From IMG/VR virus record IMGVR_UViG_3300020169_000026: a stretch of 46,896 nt of DNA; one strand, given 5' to 3'. The stretch's first letter is position 1; each line of letters begins with the position of its first letter. Source of the stretch: a virus. Both the position numbers and the translations under genes were made by a program. The notes below the pieces were generated by a model. The model was not told the origin of the DNA, ran no database searches, and saw only the letters and a program-made list of their open reading frames with translations. Below, piece after piece: positions 22,451 to 32,678 of this stretch.

Positions 22451-22849
22451 ATGGACTTAAAAGATTTAACACCCAAGAGTGACACGATAGATGTCACACT
22501 AGTACATCCAAATACAGGGGAAGAACTTACTAACCCTGATGGTTCTAATATGACTATCTGTATGTATGCTACTCACTCTGAAGAGTATAAGAAAGTTATG
22601 CACTCTCAGACTAACAAGAGAATTAAAGCCGCTACAAAGAATAACGACTTGACTATGACTTCTGAACAACTTGAGGCTTCTACACTTAGTGTACTAGCAA
22701 ATACGACAAAGAGTTGGGATATAACTTTTGATGGAGAGAAGCCAGAACTAACAGTTAAGAAAGCTACAGAGATATACGATCAAGTTTTCTGGATCAAACT
22801 ACAGCTTGAGGAGGCGGTTGCTAACTCATTGGATTTTACCAAAGCCTGA
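22451..22849 (+). CDS. Tail assembly chaperone (gpG-like)
   Basis: 132 aa, immediately upstream of the tape measure gene. The -1 frame is open across its stop. Confidence 0.7.
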   Translation: MDLKDLTPKSDTIDVTLVHPNTGEELTNPDGSNMTICMYATHSEEYKKVMHSQTNKRIKAATKNNDLTMTSEQLEASTLSVLANTTKSWDITFDGEKPELTVKKATEIYDQVFWIKLQLEEAVANSLDFTKA

Positions 22850-23187
22850 CAACTAAACTTGAAGACTATGCAGAACATACGTTTTCTCTGAGTAAGTCAG
22901 GTAAGGATGGTATATCCGAAAGAGAACACCTAGAACAAGTAGAAAAGCAGACTGGCATAAGACCAGAAGGATTAAAGTCTCCTGACTTTCCTATGGTCAT
23001 TTCCCACGTATGGTCTGCTTTTATAGCCTTGAGTAAGACAAGGAGTATGGGATTTAGTGGACCTAATCCTATTACATACGAACAAATACTAGCGTGGAAG
23101 AAATTAACTAGCACACCTTTAGATGCTAGAGAAGTAGAGACAGTTATGTCTTTAGATACAATATACATGAGGGTTATAAATGGCTAA
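22451..23187 (+). CDS. Tail assembly chaperone G-T fusion by programmed -1 frameshift (predicted)
   Basis: The -1 frame is open from 22825 to 23187 and overlaps the last 8 codons of the G gene. The GAT-TTT-ACC run of four T (22834..22837) is a possible slip site. The G/GT arrangement is conserved in long-tailed phages. Confidence 0.4.
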
Positions 23188-24961
23188 AACAATCCAAGTT
23201 AGTGTTGATACTAGCGACCTTAAGGTTCTAAATACGCACTTAAACACTACTAAGAAGACCATACAAATGACCGCTAAGTCAGCTAAGTCTGATTTCAAGC
23301 AACTTAAGATGTCTATTGACCCTGTGTATAGAGCAGAGAAGTTATTTACTAAACAAGTATTAGTAGCTCAGAAAGCAGTTGCTACTGGTGCTATAAGTAA
23401 TAATGAGTACTCAAGAACTTTTGCTATGATACAGAAGAACGCTCAGGCTTCGGGTATGACCTTAAACCAGTTTGGTCAAGTAGCAAATGTCAACACACGT
23501 AAGATGAAACGCTTCGGTGCTGTTGGTATGCAACAAGTCGGTTATCAGGTACAGGATTTCGCGGTACAGGTTCAAGGTGGCACAAGTGCTATGGTCGCCC
23601 TTGGTCAACAAGGTTCGCAGTTGTTAGGTATCTTTGGTCCAGCTGGTGCTATAGCAGGTATGATCTTAGCTATCGGTACTGGACTAGCTGGTGCATTTAT
23701 GGCGGCTAAAAAAGCAGGTGATGAATCTATTAGTACTGCGAAGTTATATAAAGATGCTATGGAAGAGTCTGCTACTGCTGTAAGATCTCTTAAAGATGAA
23801 AACTATATGTTAGCTAATAGCATTCAAAGTGTAAGTGTAGCTAAGTTAAAACAAGCTCTTATTGCTATTAAACAAGAGAAAGCAGATAAAGAAGCCGCTG
23901 AACAGGCATTCCTAGATCAAGAGGCAAAGAATTACAAATACGGTGCTGGAGCAATAAAAGTTGACTTTGGTGATAGAAAAACAAGTATGTTTGGAGAGAC
24001 TTATAATGAGGCCATAGCTAAAATTGAGGCTCAAATTAAAAAGACACAATCGGTATTTGATGAAAACCTTGGTCTTAAAAAAGAACAACAAGAAGCAGAA
24101 GAACTAAAAAAGCTACAAAAGGCTAGAGAAGATTATATCAAAACTCTAATTATTCAATCAGACGAACAAACGATTATATCTGACAATACTGGAAGAGAAT
24201 TACTTCTAGCTAAACAGGTAAATGAGATGAACGCTGTGGAGAGGCATCTCAAAGAACTAGGTCTTGAGCTTGATGATGAACAATACCAACGAGCCTATAG
24301 ATATAAAGAACTAGAGCAAGAAGCTGTTCTACTAGCTTATGATGCAGTGCAAGCAGAAAAAGATAGACTACAAGCAATAAAAGATGCAGATGCAGATTAT
24401 AAGAAAAGAATTGCTTTAGCTAAGAAAGCACATGAAGCGGCTAAGTTAGCGGCGGCAGATCTTATAGCTCTAAATAAATCTATAGGTAGCTCTATGGAGA
24501 ATGCTATGATGAGTATGGTAGATGGTACTAAGTCTGTTAAGGATGCCTTCAAGGATATGGCTAGAGAGATCATCAAAGAACTATATCGCATTTATGTCGT
24601 TAAGAAGATTACAGGTATGATAACTGGTGCTATAGAAAATAAGTTTGCTCCAGATATAGCAACTACCGCTAGTGCTATCCCTAAAGCTAATGGTGGTCCA
24701 GTTAATGCTGGTCAAAGATATATTGTTGGTGAACGTGGACCAGAAGTATTCACCCCTACAATGGGAGGTCACATAACACCTAACTCTGGTGGAGGTGGTT
24801 CTGGAACTACTATCGTACAAAACATAAATGTATCGACAGGTGTACAACAAACTGTACGTGCTGAGATACGACAAATGATGCCACAGATTGCAGACAGTGC
24901 TAAAGGTGCAGTACTAGATGCTAAGAGACGTGGTGGTAGCTATGGAAGGGCGATGGCATAA
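23180..24961 (+). CDS. Tape measure protein
   Basis: 593 aa, coiled-coil-rich, with a hydrophobic GPAGAIAGMILAIGTGLAGAFMAA segment. It follows the chaperone genes. Confidence 0.85.
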   Translation: MAKTIQVSVDTSDLKVLNTHLNTTKKTIQMTAKSAKSDFKQLKMSIDPVYRAEKLFTKQVLVAQKAVATGAISNNEYSRTFAMIQKNAQASGMTLNQFGQVANVNTRKMKRFGAVGMQQVGYQVQDFAVQVQGGTSAMVALGQQGSQLLGIFGPAGAIAGMILAIGTGLAGAFMAAKKAGDESISTAKLYKDAMEESATAVRSLKDENYMLANSIQSVSVAKLKQALIAIKQEKADKEAAEQAFLDQEAKNYKYGAGAIKVDFGDRKTSMFGETYNEAIAKIEAQIKKTQSVFDENLGLKKEQQEAEELKKLQKAREDYIKTLIIQSDEQTIISDNTGRELLLAKQVNEMNAVERHLKELGLELDDEQYQRAYRYKELEQEAVLLAYDAVQAEKDRLQAIKDADADYKKRIALAKKAHEAAKLAAADLIALNKSIGSSMENAMMSMVDGTKSVKDAFKDMAREIIKELYRIYVVKKITGMITGAIENKFAPDIATTASAIPKANGGPVNAGQRYIVGERGPEVFTPTMGGHITPNSGGGGSGTTIVQNINVSTGVQQTVRAEIRQMMPQIADSAKGAVLDAKRRGGSYGRAMA

Positions 24962-25548
24962 TGGCTATTTCTTACCCACTTGCTTTACCTACTAACATTG
25001 GTATGGCTAGTATTGAACTAAGAGCTAAGAATACAGTTGCTGTATCTATGTCTCCTTTTACTTATAAGCAACAAACACAATCTTATGATGGTGAGATGTG
25101 GGAAGCTGACATTAGTTTACCACCTTTGAATAGAGACGACGCAGAGGCTTGGATTAGCTTCCTGATGAGCTTAAAGGGTATGTCAGGTACATTCCTACTT
25201 AACGACCCATCAGCTAAGACTGTGAGAGGTACTGCAACGTCTGCTGTTATAACAGGTGCTGTAGGTGATAGTTCTGTATCTGTAACTATGACTGGTACAC
25301 TTAAAGCTGGTGACTATATACAATTAGGTACTGCCGCAGATTCTACTCTACATAAAGTACTACAAGATCAATCTGGAGATGGTACACTAGAGATATGGCC
25401 TAAGCTAAGGAAAGCTAGATCAAGTGTATCAGCTAACCTAACTAATTCCTCTGGGGTCTTTAGGTTATCAGCTAATGAGACTTCTTGGTCGGTTAACAAT
25501 GCAAGTTTCTTTGGTATATCATTTGGAGCAATGGAGGTAGTAGGATGA
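24961..25548 (+). CDS. Distal tail protein (RcGTA-like tail tip set)
   Basis: 195 aa, the first gene after the tape measure gene and translationally coupled to it. Confidence 0.5.
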   Translation: MAISYPLALPTNIGMASIELRAKNTVAVSMSPFTYKQQTQSYDGEMWEADISLPPLNRDDAEAWISFLMSLKGMSGTFLLNDPSAKTVRGTATSAVITGAVGDSSVSVTMTGTLKAGDYIQLGTAADSTLHKVLQDQSGDGTLEIWPKLRKARSSVSANLTNSSGVFRLSANETSWSVNNASFFGISFGAMEVVG

Positions 25549-26144
25549 GTAGAGCAATACCTTCCTCACTACTGTCTGCACTTACTGGGGATAATATAAG
25601 ACCTTTCTATGCTGTAGAGCTTATGTTTGACACTAGAACTATTACAGGTGTAGATGGTAATCCTGTTAGTATTTCTCCTTTACGTATGTGGACTGGTATA
25701 GGTGACAAGACTATTAATGTACAAGGTAGTAACCAAGTGTTTACTGGTACAGGTAGCTTACTTTCCATCGGAGACTTAGAAGAGGTAGGAGATCTATCCT
25801 CTAAATCTTTAGAGCTTACTCTATCTGGAATACCTAACTCTATAATATCTCTAGCTTTACAAGAACCTTACCAAAGAAGAGTGGCAAGGTTGTATTTAGG
25901 TGAGCAAAGCGATTCATCTGTTGTTGAGATTTTCTCTGGTAAAATGGATAAGATGTCAATAATTGACGAGTCAGAGACAAGTACAATCGCTTTAACTATA
26001 GAAAGTAAACTAGTAGAATTAGAGAGATCTAGTGGGTGGAGATACACTAATGAAAACCAACAATCCCGATACGCTGGAGATACCTTCTTCTCTTACGTAC
26101 AGTCAATGCAGGATCAAACAGTAATATGGGGAAAGCAGACTTAA
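25545..26144 (+). CDS. Tail tip/hub protein
   Basis: 199 aa. The N-terminus LLSALTGDNIRPFYAVELMFD is typical of the minor tail proteins found at this position. Confidence 0.5.
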   Translation: MSRAIPSSLLSALTGDNIRPFYAVELMFDTRTITGVDGNPVSISPLRMWTGIGDKTINVQGSNQVFTGTGSLLSIGDLEEVGDLSSKSLELTLSGIPNSIISLALQEPYQRRVARLYLGEQSDSSVVEIFSGKMDKMSIIDESETSTIALTIESKLVELERSSGWRYTNENQQSRYAGDTFFSYVQSMQDQTVIWGKQT

Positions 26145-26542
26145 ATTCTTACTTAGATAAGATAATAGAAAAGCCTTTTCAGTGGGGTGTACACGACTGT
26201 TTTACTTTTACTAATGGTGCATTTAGAGCTATGTATGGTGTAGGATATGCTGATGACTGGGAAGGTTTGTACATGCAAAGTAATGGTGTATATCCTAAAG
26301 GTCCAAGAAGTGTGAGAGACGACTTTGGTTTTAACTCTTTAGACGAAGGGTTAGCTACTAAACTAACTAGAGTTGAAAGACCTTTATTTGGTAGCTTAGT
26401 AACAACTAGAGCAGGTTGTCGTTGGATAACTGGTGTCGCTCTAGGTATTTCCATTGGCTCTAGGGCTGTCTTCCTTAACATGGAAGGCTTAATTAGATTA
26501 AACATTGAAGATGTAGAAAGTGCTTGGGATGTCAATAAATAA
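26126..26542 (+). CDS. Tail-associated NlpC/P60-like small protein (RcGTA g14-like)
   Basis: 138 aa with the motif FQWGVHDCFTF (candidate catalytic Cys), positioned before the host-specificity gene. Confidence 0.4.
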   Translation: MGKADLNSYLDKIIEKPFQWGVHDCFTFTNGAFRAMYGVGYADDWEGLYMQSNGVYPKGPRSVRDDFGFNSLDEGLATKLTRVERPLFGSLVTTRAGCRWITGVALGISIGSRAVFLNMEGLIRLNIEDVESAWDVNK

Positions 26543-29216
26543 ACACAACACTCCTTTTAACGTATTAAGGCACAACAGACAGTTTGAGATAGCACCTAGA
26601 GAACCTGTGACTGCAATAGCAACAGCAATAACTTTAGCTGTTGGGGCGACAACAGGGGGAGTAGTTTACTACGCTATTTATGGTTTAACTTACCTAGCTA
26701 TTAGTATGGTAACAACTGCTTTAATAGGAGCTTTAACACCTAAGCCAGATTTAGGTGGAGTCAATCAATCTAATGGCTTACAAGTTAATAATAAAAATGC
26801 TTTAGCTCCAGCACAGTTTGTTTACGGTAAAGTTAGAAAAGGTGGTACAATTACTTTCAGTGAGTCTACTGGGGGCAACCAAAAGATACTTCACCAAGTA
26901 ATATCTATAGCTGGACACGAAGTAGATAGTATAGAAGATATATATGTCAACGACATACCAGTACAGATGACTAACGAGAATGTTACTGAGTCTATCTGGG
27001 ACAACAAAATTAAGATTTATGTACATACTGGAAACCAAACAAGTGCTACAGATACATTTGCTAACTCTACACAGACTTTAGCTACAACTTTACATAGTGA
27101 GACTACTGCAACATCTGACTTTATAGGTAAAGGTATAGCTTACTTATATTGTAGGTTTGAGTACGACTCAAGTGTTTTCTCTAATGGAGTACCTGTAATA
27201 ACTGCGGTTATAAAAGGTAAGAAGGTAGCTACTACTATTAACGGTGTAGCTCAAACACCTGCTTGGACTGATAATGCCGCTTGGATAATAAGAGACTTCC
27301 TAACTTCTGAGTATGGTCTGCAAGACAGTAGTATTGATTATGCTACTTTTGAAGAGGCCGCATCTGTAAGCGCAGACACTACGATACTGTCTGATGGATC
27401 AAAGCAATACGCTATTAATGGTGTGATACAAGCGACTGAGCAAATAGGTAATGTTTTACAGAACATGATGACTTCATGTGGTGGTACTTTATTTTGGGGT
27501 GCAGGTGCTTGGAGATTGTTCGTTGGATCTTTCGTAGCTCCTACTAAGATACTTACACTAGACGACCTTAGAAGTGGTATATCACTTGACACTAGGATGT
27601 CTATGGCAAATAACTTTAATGCAGTACGAGGAACTTTTGTAGATGCTAGTGCAGGTTGGGTTAGTGCTGACTATCCTCAAATTAACTCTAGCCTTTTTCT
27701 ATCAGATGATAATGGAGTAGAGTCTGTACTAGACTTAAACTTACCTTTTACTAGCAATGTTATAGCGGCTCAAAGACTTGCAAAACAGATGTTGTATAGG
27801 AATAGGGAACAACTTACCCTTAGTGCAGAGTTTGGTCTTAATGCTTTAGACATTGAGGTTGGTGACTTTATTAAGTTCAGAAACGACAGATACGGTTGGA
27901 CTACAGGTAATGAGAAGACATTTGAAGTTACTGAGTGGAGACTGTCTCCTAACGTAGACAACGGTGATCTAAGAGTTGCTATGACTTTAAGAGAGAGTAG
28001 CTCTTCTGCTTTTGGTTTTAATGAAGCAGACGAACAAGATATTATTAATAACAATACTACACTTCTACCTTACTATAGTGTACCTAATGTTGGTGTCACT
28101 GTGAGTAAAGAGTACAGAGAAGTTAACGAAAGTGTTGTTAACGTCCTTGTTATAGAAGCAACGTCAAATGAGATAGAACGTGTAGAATCAGTTATTGTTA
28201 AATACAAGAAGACAAGTGACACAGTGTTTAAGTCTGTAGGTCAAGCTATACTTGTTAATGAAGGTAATACAGCGGCTAGGTTTGAGGTAGTAGGTATAGA
28301 TGCTCCTCAAGTAAATGAGCCACCTATAAACTACACTATATCAGTTACGCCTGTTAATGCTCTTGGTTACAAGGGTACTACAATTACAACTACCTTTAAC
28401 GTAACACATGATACTACGCCACCTTCTTCACCTACTAACCTAACCCATTTACTATCGGGGGGTACTGCTTTCTTTAACTGGTCGCCAGTTTCTGCTTTAG
28501 ATTTATCACACTATAAACTGCATTACTCATCAAACTCATCTGCAAACTTTGGAGATGCTTCTACATTAGTAAAGGTAGAGAAGATTGCTAGACCAGCTAC
28601 TTCTGTTTCCTTCCCTGCACTTGCTGGTAAGTTTTTTGTATCGTCTGTAGATAAAACAGGTAACGAAAGTACTACAGCAACTGCTGTTGTTATTACCCCT
28701 TCTGAGTTACCAACTCTAGGTCAGTCTGACACAGACACAGAAAGTACAAGTTTCAGTGGATCTAAGACTAACCTTACTGTCTCTAGCGGTAAGTTATTTA
28801 TGACTAGCTTTGCTAACGCAAATTCCACTGGGGTCTATGAGTTTGATCATGGTGGCAGTAGTTACTTTGATGTAGGTACATCTCGTACAGTTAGATTATC
28901 TTACGCTATTACTGTATCTCGTAAACATCAAGATGCTGTTAATGGAGAAGTAGACTGGGACGATATACCTAATAACTGGGATACTTGGCCTAACAACTTT
29001 GATACTTGGACTGATGAAGATGCAGATTTCTCAGACTATGCTGTTATAGTAGAAGCTAGAGCCGCAGATACAGTATCTAACTTAGCTAGTGCATCTTTCG
29101 TAGATGCTTCTGGAGAGATAGTAGGTAGGTTTGTAGAGTTTAGAGCTACCCTTTCTAATACTGGCCCGAAAATAACCCCTAATATATCGGCACTAAGTGC
29201 CACAGTGGAGTACTAA
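26529..29216 (+). CDS. Host-specificity / central tail fibre protein (gpJ / RcGTA g15-like) with an FN3 domain
   Basis: The track start at 26520 is a GTG, and the ATG at 26529 is preferred. YGKVRKGGTITFSE...HQVISIAGHEVDSIEDIYVND matches the Phage-tail_3 core. PPSSPTNLT...FNWSPVS...YKLHYS is FN3-like. Confidence 0.8.
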   Translation: MSINKHNTPFNVLRHNRQFEIAPREPVTAIATAITLAVGATTGGVVYYAIYGLTYLAISMVTTALIGALTPKPDLGGVNQSNGLQVNNKNALAPAQFVYGKVRKGGTITFSESTGGNQKILHQVISIAGHEVDSIEDIYVNDIPVQMTNENVTESIWDNKIKIYVHTGNQTSATDTFANSTQTLATTLHSETTATSDFIGKGIAYLYCRFEYDSSVFSNGVPVITAVIKGKKVATTINGVAQTPAWTDNAAWIIRDFLTSEYGLQDSSIDYATFEEAASVSADTTILSDGSKQYAINGVIQATEQIGNVLQNMMTSCGGTLFWGAGAWRLFVGSFVAPTKILTLDDLRSGISLDTRMSMANNFNAVRGTFVDASAGWVSADYPQINSSLFLSDDNGVESVLDLNLPFTSNVIAAQRLAKQMLYRNREQLTLSAEFGLNALDIEVGDFIKFRNDRYGWTTGNEKTFEVTEWRLSPNVDNGDLRVAMTLRESSSSAFGFNEADEQDIINNNTTLLPYYSVPNVGVTVSKEYREVNESVVNVLVIEATSNEIERVESVIVKYKKTSDTVFKSVGQAILVNEGNTAARFEVVGIDAPQVNEPPINYTISVTPVNALGYKGTTITTTFNVTHDTTPPSSPTNLTHLLSGGTAFFNWSPVSALDLSHYKLHYSSNSSANFGDASTLVKVEKIARPATSVSFPALAGKFFVSSVDKTGNESTTATAVVITPSELPTLGQSDTDTESTSFSGSKTNLTVSSGKLFMTSFANANSTGVYEFDHGGSSYFDVGTSRTVRLSYAITVSRKHQDAVNGEVDWDDIPNNWDTWPNNFDTWTDEDADFSDYAVIVEARAADTVSNLASASFVDASGEIVGRFVEFRATLSNTGPKITPNISALSATVEY

Positions 29217-29219
29217 TAT

Positions 29220-29885
29220 ATGTCACAACATGACTTTTCTATAGCTAATCAGACTGCCAGTAGCGCACGTTCTGATATAAATAATGGACTGCAAGCCCTT
29301 GCTAGTAACAATAGTGGGGCTTCTGCTCCTTCAACAACTTATGCTAATATGTTTTGGTATGATACGACTAACAACATATTAAAAATGAGAGATGAGACTA
29401 ATAGCTCTTGGATAAATGTTGCTTACATAAATCAATCTACAAACTTAACGTCTATAATTGACAATACTCCTGTTGTTACTACAGGTGGATCTACAGTTGG
29501 TCTTCTTGGTGATCAGTTACAAAGTGCTTGGAATACAGGTACATCTACTACAGAAAGCCTTATTTCTCCTCTCAAGATGAAGAACGCTATTGAAGCTAAC
29601 TCAGTGGATCTAACTACTGGTACAGGTACTGCAACAATAGGAACACTTAAGATGGCATGGTCAAAAACTACATTCTCTACTGTGCCTACAACCGTTTACA
29701 TTACTCTGCCATTTAGCTACACAAGTACAAGTAGTTTTGGTGTGGTTGCAATTAGTGATAACGGAAACCACTCTGGGGCAACGAGGGCGGCACAGGGTGT
29801 CTCAATAACAGGAGTAAATCAAATAGCATACTCAAAAGCAGGTTTTGCTGGTAATGCTTGCCACTGGTTCACGATAGGATATTAA
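29220..29885 (+). CDS. Tail fibre protein
   Basis: 221 aa with the N-terminal fibre motif DFSIANQTASSARSDINNGLQALASNNSG...MFWYDTTNNILKMRD. Confidence 0.65.
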   Translation: MSQHDFSIANQTASSARSDINNGLQALASNNSGASAPSTTYANMFWYDTTNNILKMRDETNSSWINVAYINQSTNLTSIIDNTPVVTTGGSTVGLLGDQLQSAWNTGTSTTESLISPLKMKNAIEANSVDLTTGTGTATIGTLKMAWSKTTFSTVPTTVYITLPFSYTSTSSFGVVAISDNGNHSGATRAAQGVSITGVNQIAYSKAGFAGNACHWFTIGY

Positions 29886-29886
29886 C

Positions 29887-30234
29887 ATGTTAAGAAAATA
29901 CGTTCAAGTAGATGAAAATAATATAGCAGTGTGTGTTTGTCTTGTTGAGGGAGAAGTTGACGCGCCTGTACCTGTTATACCTCACGACAATCCAGAGACT
30001 GTTGAAATAGGTACGAAGTGGGATGGTTCTAATTGGGTTCAAACAGAAGAACTTGTTAGGTCTAAGAGAGACAAACTACTAGTAGAACAAGTTGATGTTG
30101 TTGCTGGTAATGCTCTTCGTTGGGCATCTCTTAGTTCTGATGAGCAAGCCTCTTGGTCTGCCTATAGGACTGCACTCTTAAATGTACCCCAGCAAGATGA
30201 CTTTCCTCTTAATGTGAGTTGGCCTACTAGATGA
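29887..30234 (+). CDS. Tail fibre assembly chaperone (Tfa-like)
   Basis: 115 aa. The C-terminus WSAYRTALLNVPQQDDFPLNVSWPTR matches the Caudo_TAP pattern. Confidence 0.65.
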   Translation: MLRKYVQVDENNIAVCVCLVEGEVDAPVPVIPHDNPETVEIGTKWDGSNWVQTEELVRSKRDKLLVEQVDVVAGNALRWASLSSDEQASWSAYRTALLNVPQQDDFPLNVSWPTR

Positions 30235-30458
30235 TGGAAATGACAGATCTATGGAGTAGTGTCCTAACACTAGGTGTTGGTTTTATTGGCTTTGTTCTAA
30301 GAGGTTATGTAATAGAGTTAAATAGATTACGTATACTACTAAACAGAACTAGAGAAGACTACGTTACTAAGGCTGACTCAAATCAAGTCCTTAGTCAAAT
30401 AATGAGCAAGTTTGATAGAATAGAGGAAAAGCTAGATAGACTCGTGGAGAGAAAATGA
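30231..30458 (+). CDS. Small membrane-anchored coiled-coil protein
   Basis: 75 aa with one N-terminal TM segment (VLTLGVGFIGFVL) and a charged helical tail. ATGA overlap with the upstream gene. Confidence 0.6.
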   Translation: MMEMTDLWSSVLTLGVGFIGFVLRGYVIELNRLRILLNRTREDYVTKADSNQVLSQIMSKFDRIEEKLDRLVERK

Positions 30459-31006
30459 AACCCTTACTTATACTACTTACCCTACTAATTGGTAGTACTG
30501 TGTATGCTGACGACACAATTTATACCGACACTAACAGTACAATAACTTCTGATGGATCTATGGATACTACAATCAATAGTCCACCACCTTCTGCTATATC
30601 ACCACAGATAAGTGCAAGTAACTCTGACTTATGTACTGTAGGTGTAGCTGGTGCTGTACAAACACAAATACTAGGTATCTCTGCTGGTCGTACAGTAAGG
30701 GATATGAACTGTGAGAAGTTAAAGAACGCTAAGACTATGTATGATATGGGTATGAAGGTTGCGGCTGTATCTGTAATGTGCCAAGACGAAAGAGTGTTTG
30801 AAGCCATGCTCAATGCTGGAACTCCCTGTCCCAAGGATGGATTGGTAGGCGATAAAGCTAGACTAGCATGGGAAATGGAAGCAGTTGAAGAAGCAATAGA
30901 GCGTGACCAGAACAATGTAATCGAGAGGATGTTCGATGAAAATGGTGAGACAAAGATTGGCTTGGGTGTTATTTTTAGTAGCCTTGCCTTCTTATTGTTA
31001 CTCTGA
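30455..31006 (+). CDS. Exported Cys-containing protein with a C-terminal hydrophobic anchor
   Basis: 183 aa. The signal peptide is MKPLLILLTLLIGSTVYA-DD. It has 4 Cys and a C-terminal IGLGVIFSSLAFLLLL segment. Confidence 0.65.
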   Translation: MKPLLILLTLLIGSTVYADDTIYTDTNSTITSDGSMDTTINSPPPSAISPQISASNSDLCTVGVAGAVQTQILGISAGRTVRDMNCEKLKNAKTMYDMGMKVAAVSVMCQDERVFEAMLNAGTPCPKDGLVGDKARLAWEMEAVEEAIERDQNNVIERMFDENGETKIGLGVIFSSLAFLLLL

Positions 31007-31805
31007 CCCTTATACCTACGGGTCAACAGGTAATGCGGCTAGTACTTCTTTAGGTTGGGGTATGGATAGTATCTTACCTAGCATTGCTGGTGTAGACATA
31101 AACGGTCTTATCTACAGGTACACAACTGTTAAAGATCCAGATTCTGATATGAAAGTACACGTCAGTAATCTTAATGCTAATGCTGATGGTTATATCTTTA
31201 GAGAAACAGATGATTGGTCGGGGGTAGCTGGTAATACCATTGTAAAGTCGTTTCCAGTTTCGAACATTCCAGCTTCAAATTGGGGTACAGGCTCGATTGA
31301 AGTGGAAGGAGAAGGCAGAGTGGAAGATGCAGTTGTTATTTACTCCTACAGGGTAGATACGTGCTATGATCCTCAGTCTGATCCTTCATGTGCAGGTTAC
31401 GTTAAGCCTATGCCTGAGATACCAGAAGTAGTTGTATATGATGCGCTAGAAGATGATGCTGTTGTAGATAACCTAGAACCTGATGAGTTCCAATACGACG
31501 AAGATGGAAAGCTAATACTCTCTGAAGAAGAGGAAGAAGAAGAGACACGTATAGAGATGGGACTAACCGCTTCTGCTAATGCTCTCACTTTATTTAAGGC
31601 TCAAGGTCAAGATGATATAATCATGGCTATCAACCAACAAACTAATATCAATATGTACTACAACGCTGAGATAAATGGTGGTACATTAAATGATGCGGCT
31701 GGACTACAAGATGGTACAATACCTGACAACAAGAAAGCCCTAAGAAACAATTTAGCACAACAAGTACTGCACGAACAGATGGTCGATATGCAGTACAATA
31801 AATGA
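30936..31805 (+). CDS. Exported acidic protein
   Basis: 289 aa with signal peptide LAWVLFLVALPSYCYS and an E-rich stretch SEEEEEEE. Its start overlaps the upstream gene by 71 nt. Confidence 0.6.
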   Translation: MKMVRQRLAWVLFLVALPSYCYSDPYTYGSTGNAASTSLGWGMDSILPSIAGVDINGLIYRYTTVKDPDSDMKVHVSNLNANADGYIFRETDDWSGVAGNTIVKSFPVSNIPASNWGTGSIEVEGEGRVEDAVVIYSYRVDTCYDPQSDPSCAGYVKPMPEIPEVVVYDALEDDAVVDNLEPDEFQYDEDGKLILSEEEEEEETRIEMGLTASANALTLFKAQGQDDIIMAINQQTNINMYYNAEINGGTLNDAAGLQDGTIPDNKKALRNNLAQQVLHEQMVDMQYNK

Positions 31806-31813
31806 GGTTTAAT

Positions 31814-32302
31814 ATGAAGTATCTAGTAACAGCACTATCACTACTCGCTTTACCTGCACTAGCAAATACACCAATAACAGGTAACGTAGAAGCTAAGTGC
31901 GTAATACAAACAACTAAAGATGGGGTCTATGGAAACCCTATAGCTAGTAGGTTAAGCACTACACCTGCTGATGGTGGTGTCCTACCTGTAATAAGATTTG
32001 ATGTATCTATAGCAGACAGCTACACAGCTAACATAACTCACCCTACATCTTTTAGCTCTTCTCCACCACTCACAGATACAGTAGCATGGACAGGAAGCAC
32101 AAGTGTAACTCAAACATCTGTCTCTGGTATGTCAGCATATGAAGAGGCTAAAGTTTTAGTGGACAGTACTACTATATTTAATTTAACACTTGCAGGTTCA
32201 ACATGGTTCTCTACAGCTTCTAGTGCTACTTATGGAGCATCTAAACCTTTCGCTGGAGGGGTCTATACTGCGCTAGTACAGGCCAGCTGTGTTGCTAAGT
32301 AG
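31814..32302 (+). CDS. Exported protein with weak resemblance to fimbrial-subunit/SCPU-like proteins
   Basis: The track ORF starts at 31802, and the ATG at 31814 with a GAGG SD is preferred. The signal peptide is MKYLVTALSLLALPALA-NT. It has one Cys near each end (EAKCVIQ ... VQASCVAK) and a GGVYTALV C-terminal beta-strand motif. Confidence 0.6.
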   Translation: MKYLVTALSLLALPALANTPITGNVEAKCVIQTTKDGVYGNPIASRLSTTPADGGVLPVIRFDVSIADSYTANITHPTSFSSSPPLTDTVAWTGSTSVTQTSVSGMSAYEEAKVLVDSTTIFNLTLAGSTWFSTASSATYGASKPFAGGVYTALVQASCVAK

Positions 32303-32678
32303 GCTTGTAGTACTCTTTTTACTGCTATCATTTTCCACCTCAGCACATGAAATGACACCAGCTTATCCCGAAGTTAAACCTTCTCATGTAGCTGGTGTAG
32401 TTAAAGTAGAGATGTCTCTGTTTAACTCTAGAGAAGAAATACAGTGGTATCAGATAGAGTTGTTTGATTTAAATTGGACGAACATACCTTTTGCATCCTC
32501 ATACCGAATTATAAACATAGGATACAAAGAGAGAAAGTCTTTTGATGTATATATACGTAAAGCAGATATGGATGAAGCTGTATACTTATGTACTACATCA
32601 AAGGTAAGAAAGAGTAGTAAGTCTAGAACTCTTATTTCATCTAGGATATGTTCAAGATTAGATGGTGAACCCGCATGA
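32289..32678 (+). CDS. Exported protein (Ig/chaperone-like?)
   Basis: 129 aa. The signal peptide LVVLFLLLSFSTSA-HE exists only if the GTG at 32289 or the TTG at 32292 is the start. It overlaps the upstream stop. Confidence 0.5.
   Translation: MLLSRLVVLFLLLSFSTSAHEMTPAYPEVKPSHVAGVVKVEMSLFNSREEIQWYQIELFDLNWTNIPFASSYRIINIGYKERKSFDVYIRKADMDEAVYLCTTSKVRKSSKSRTLISSRICSRLDGEPA

Noticed and set aside
22866-23168. 100-aa minus-strand ORF between the chaperone and tape-measure genes
   Set aside because: It lies opposite the frame that extends the G chaperone into the T region. The + strand reading is syntenic with the conserved G/GT arrangement.
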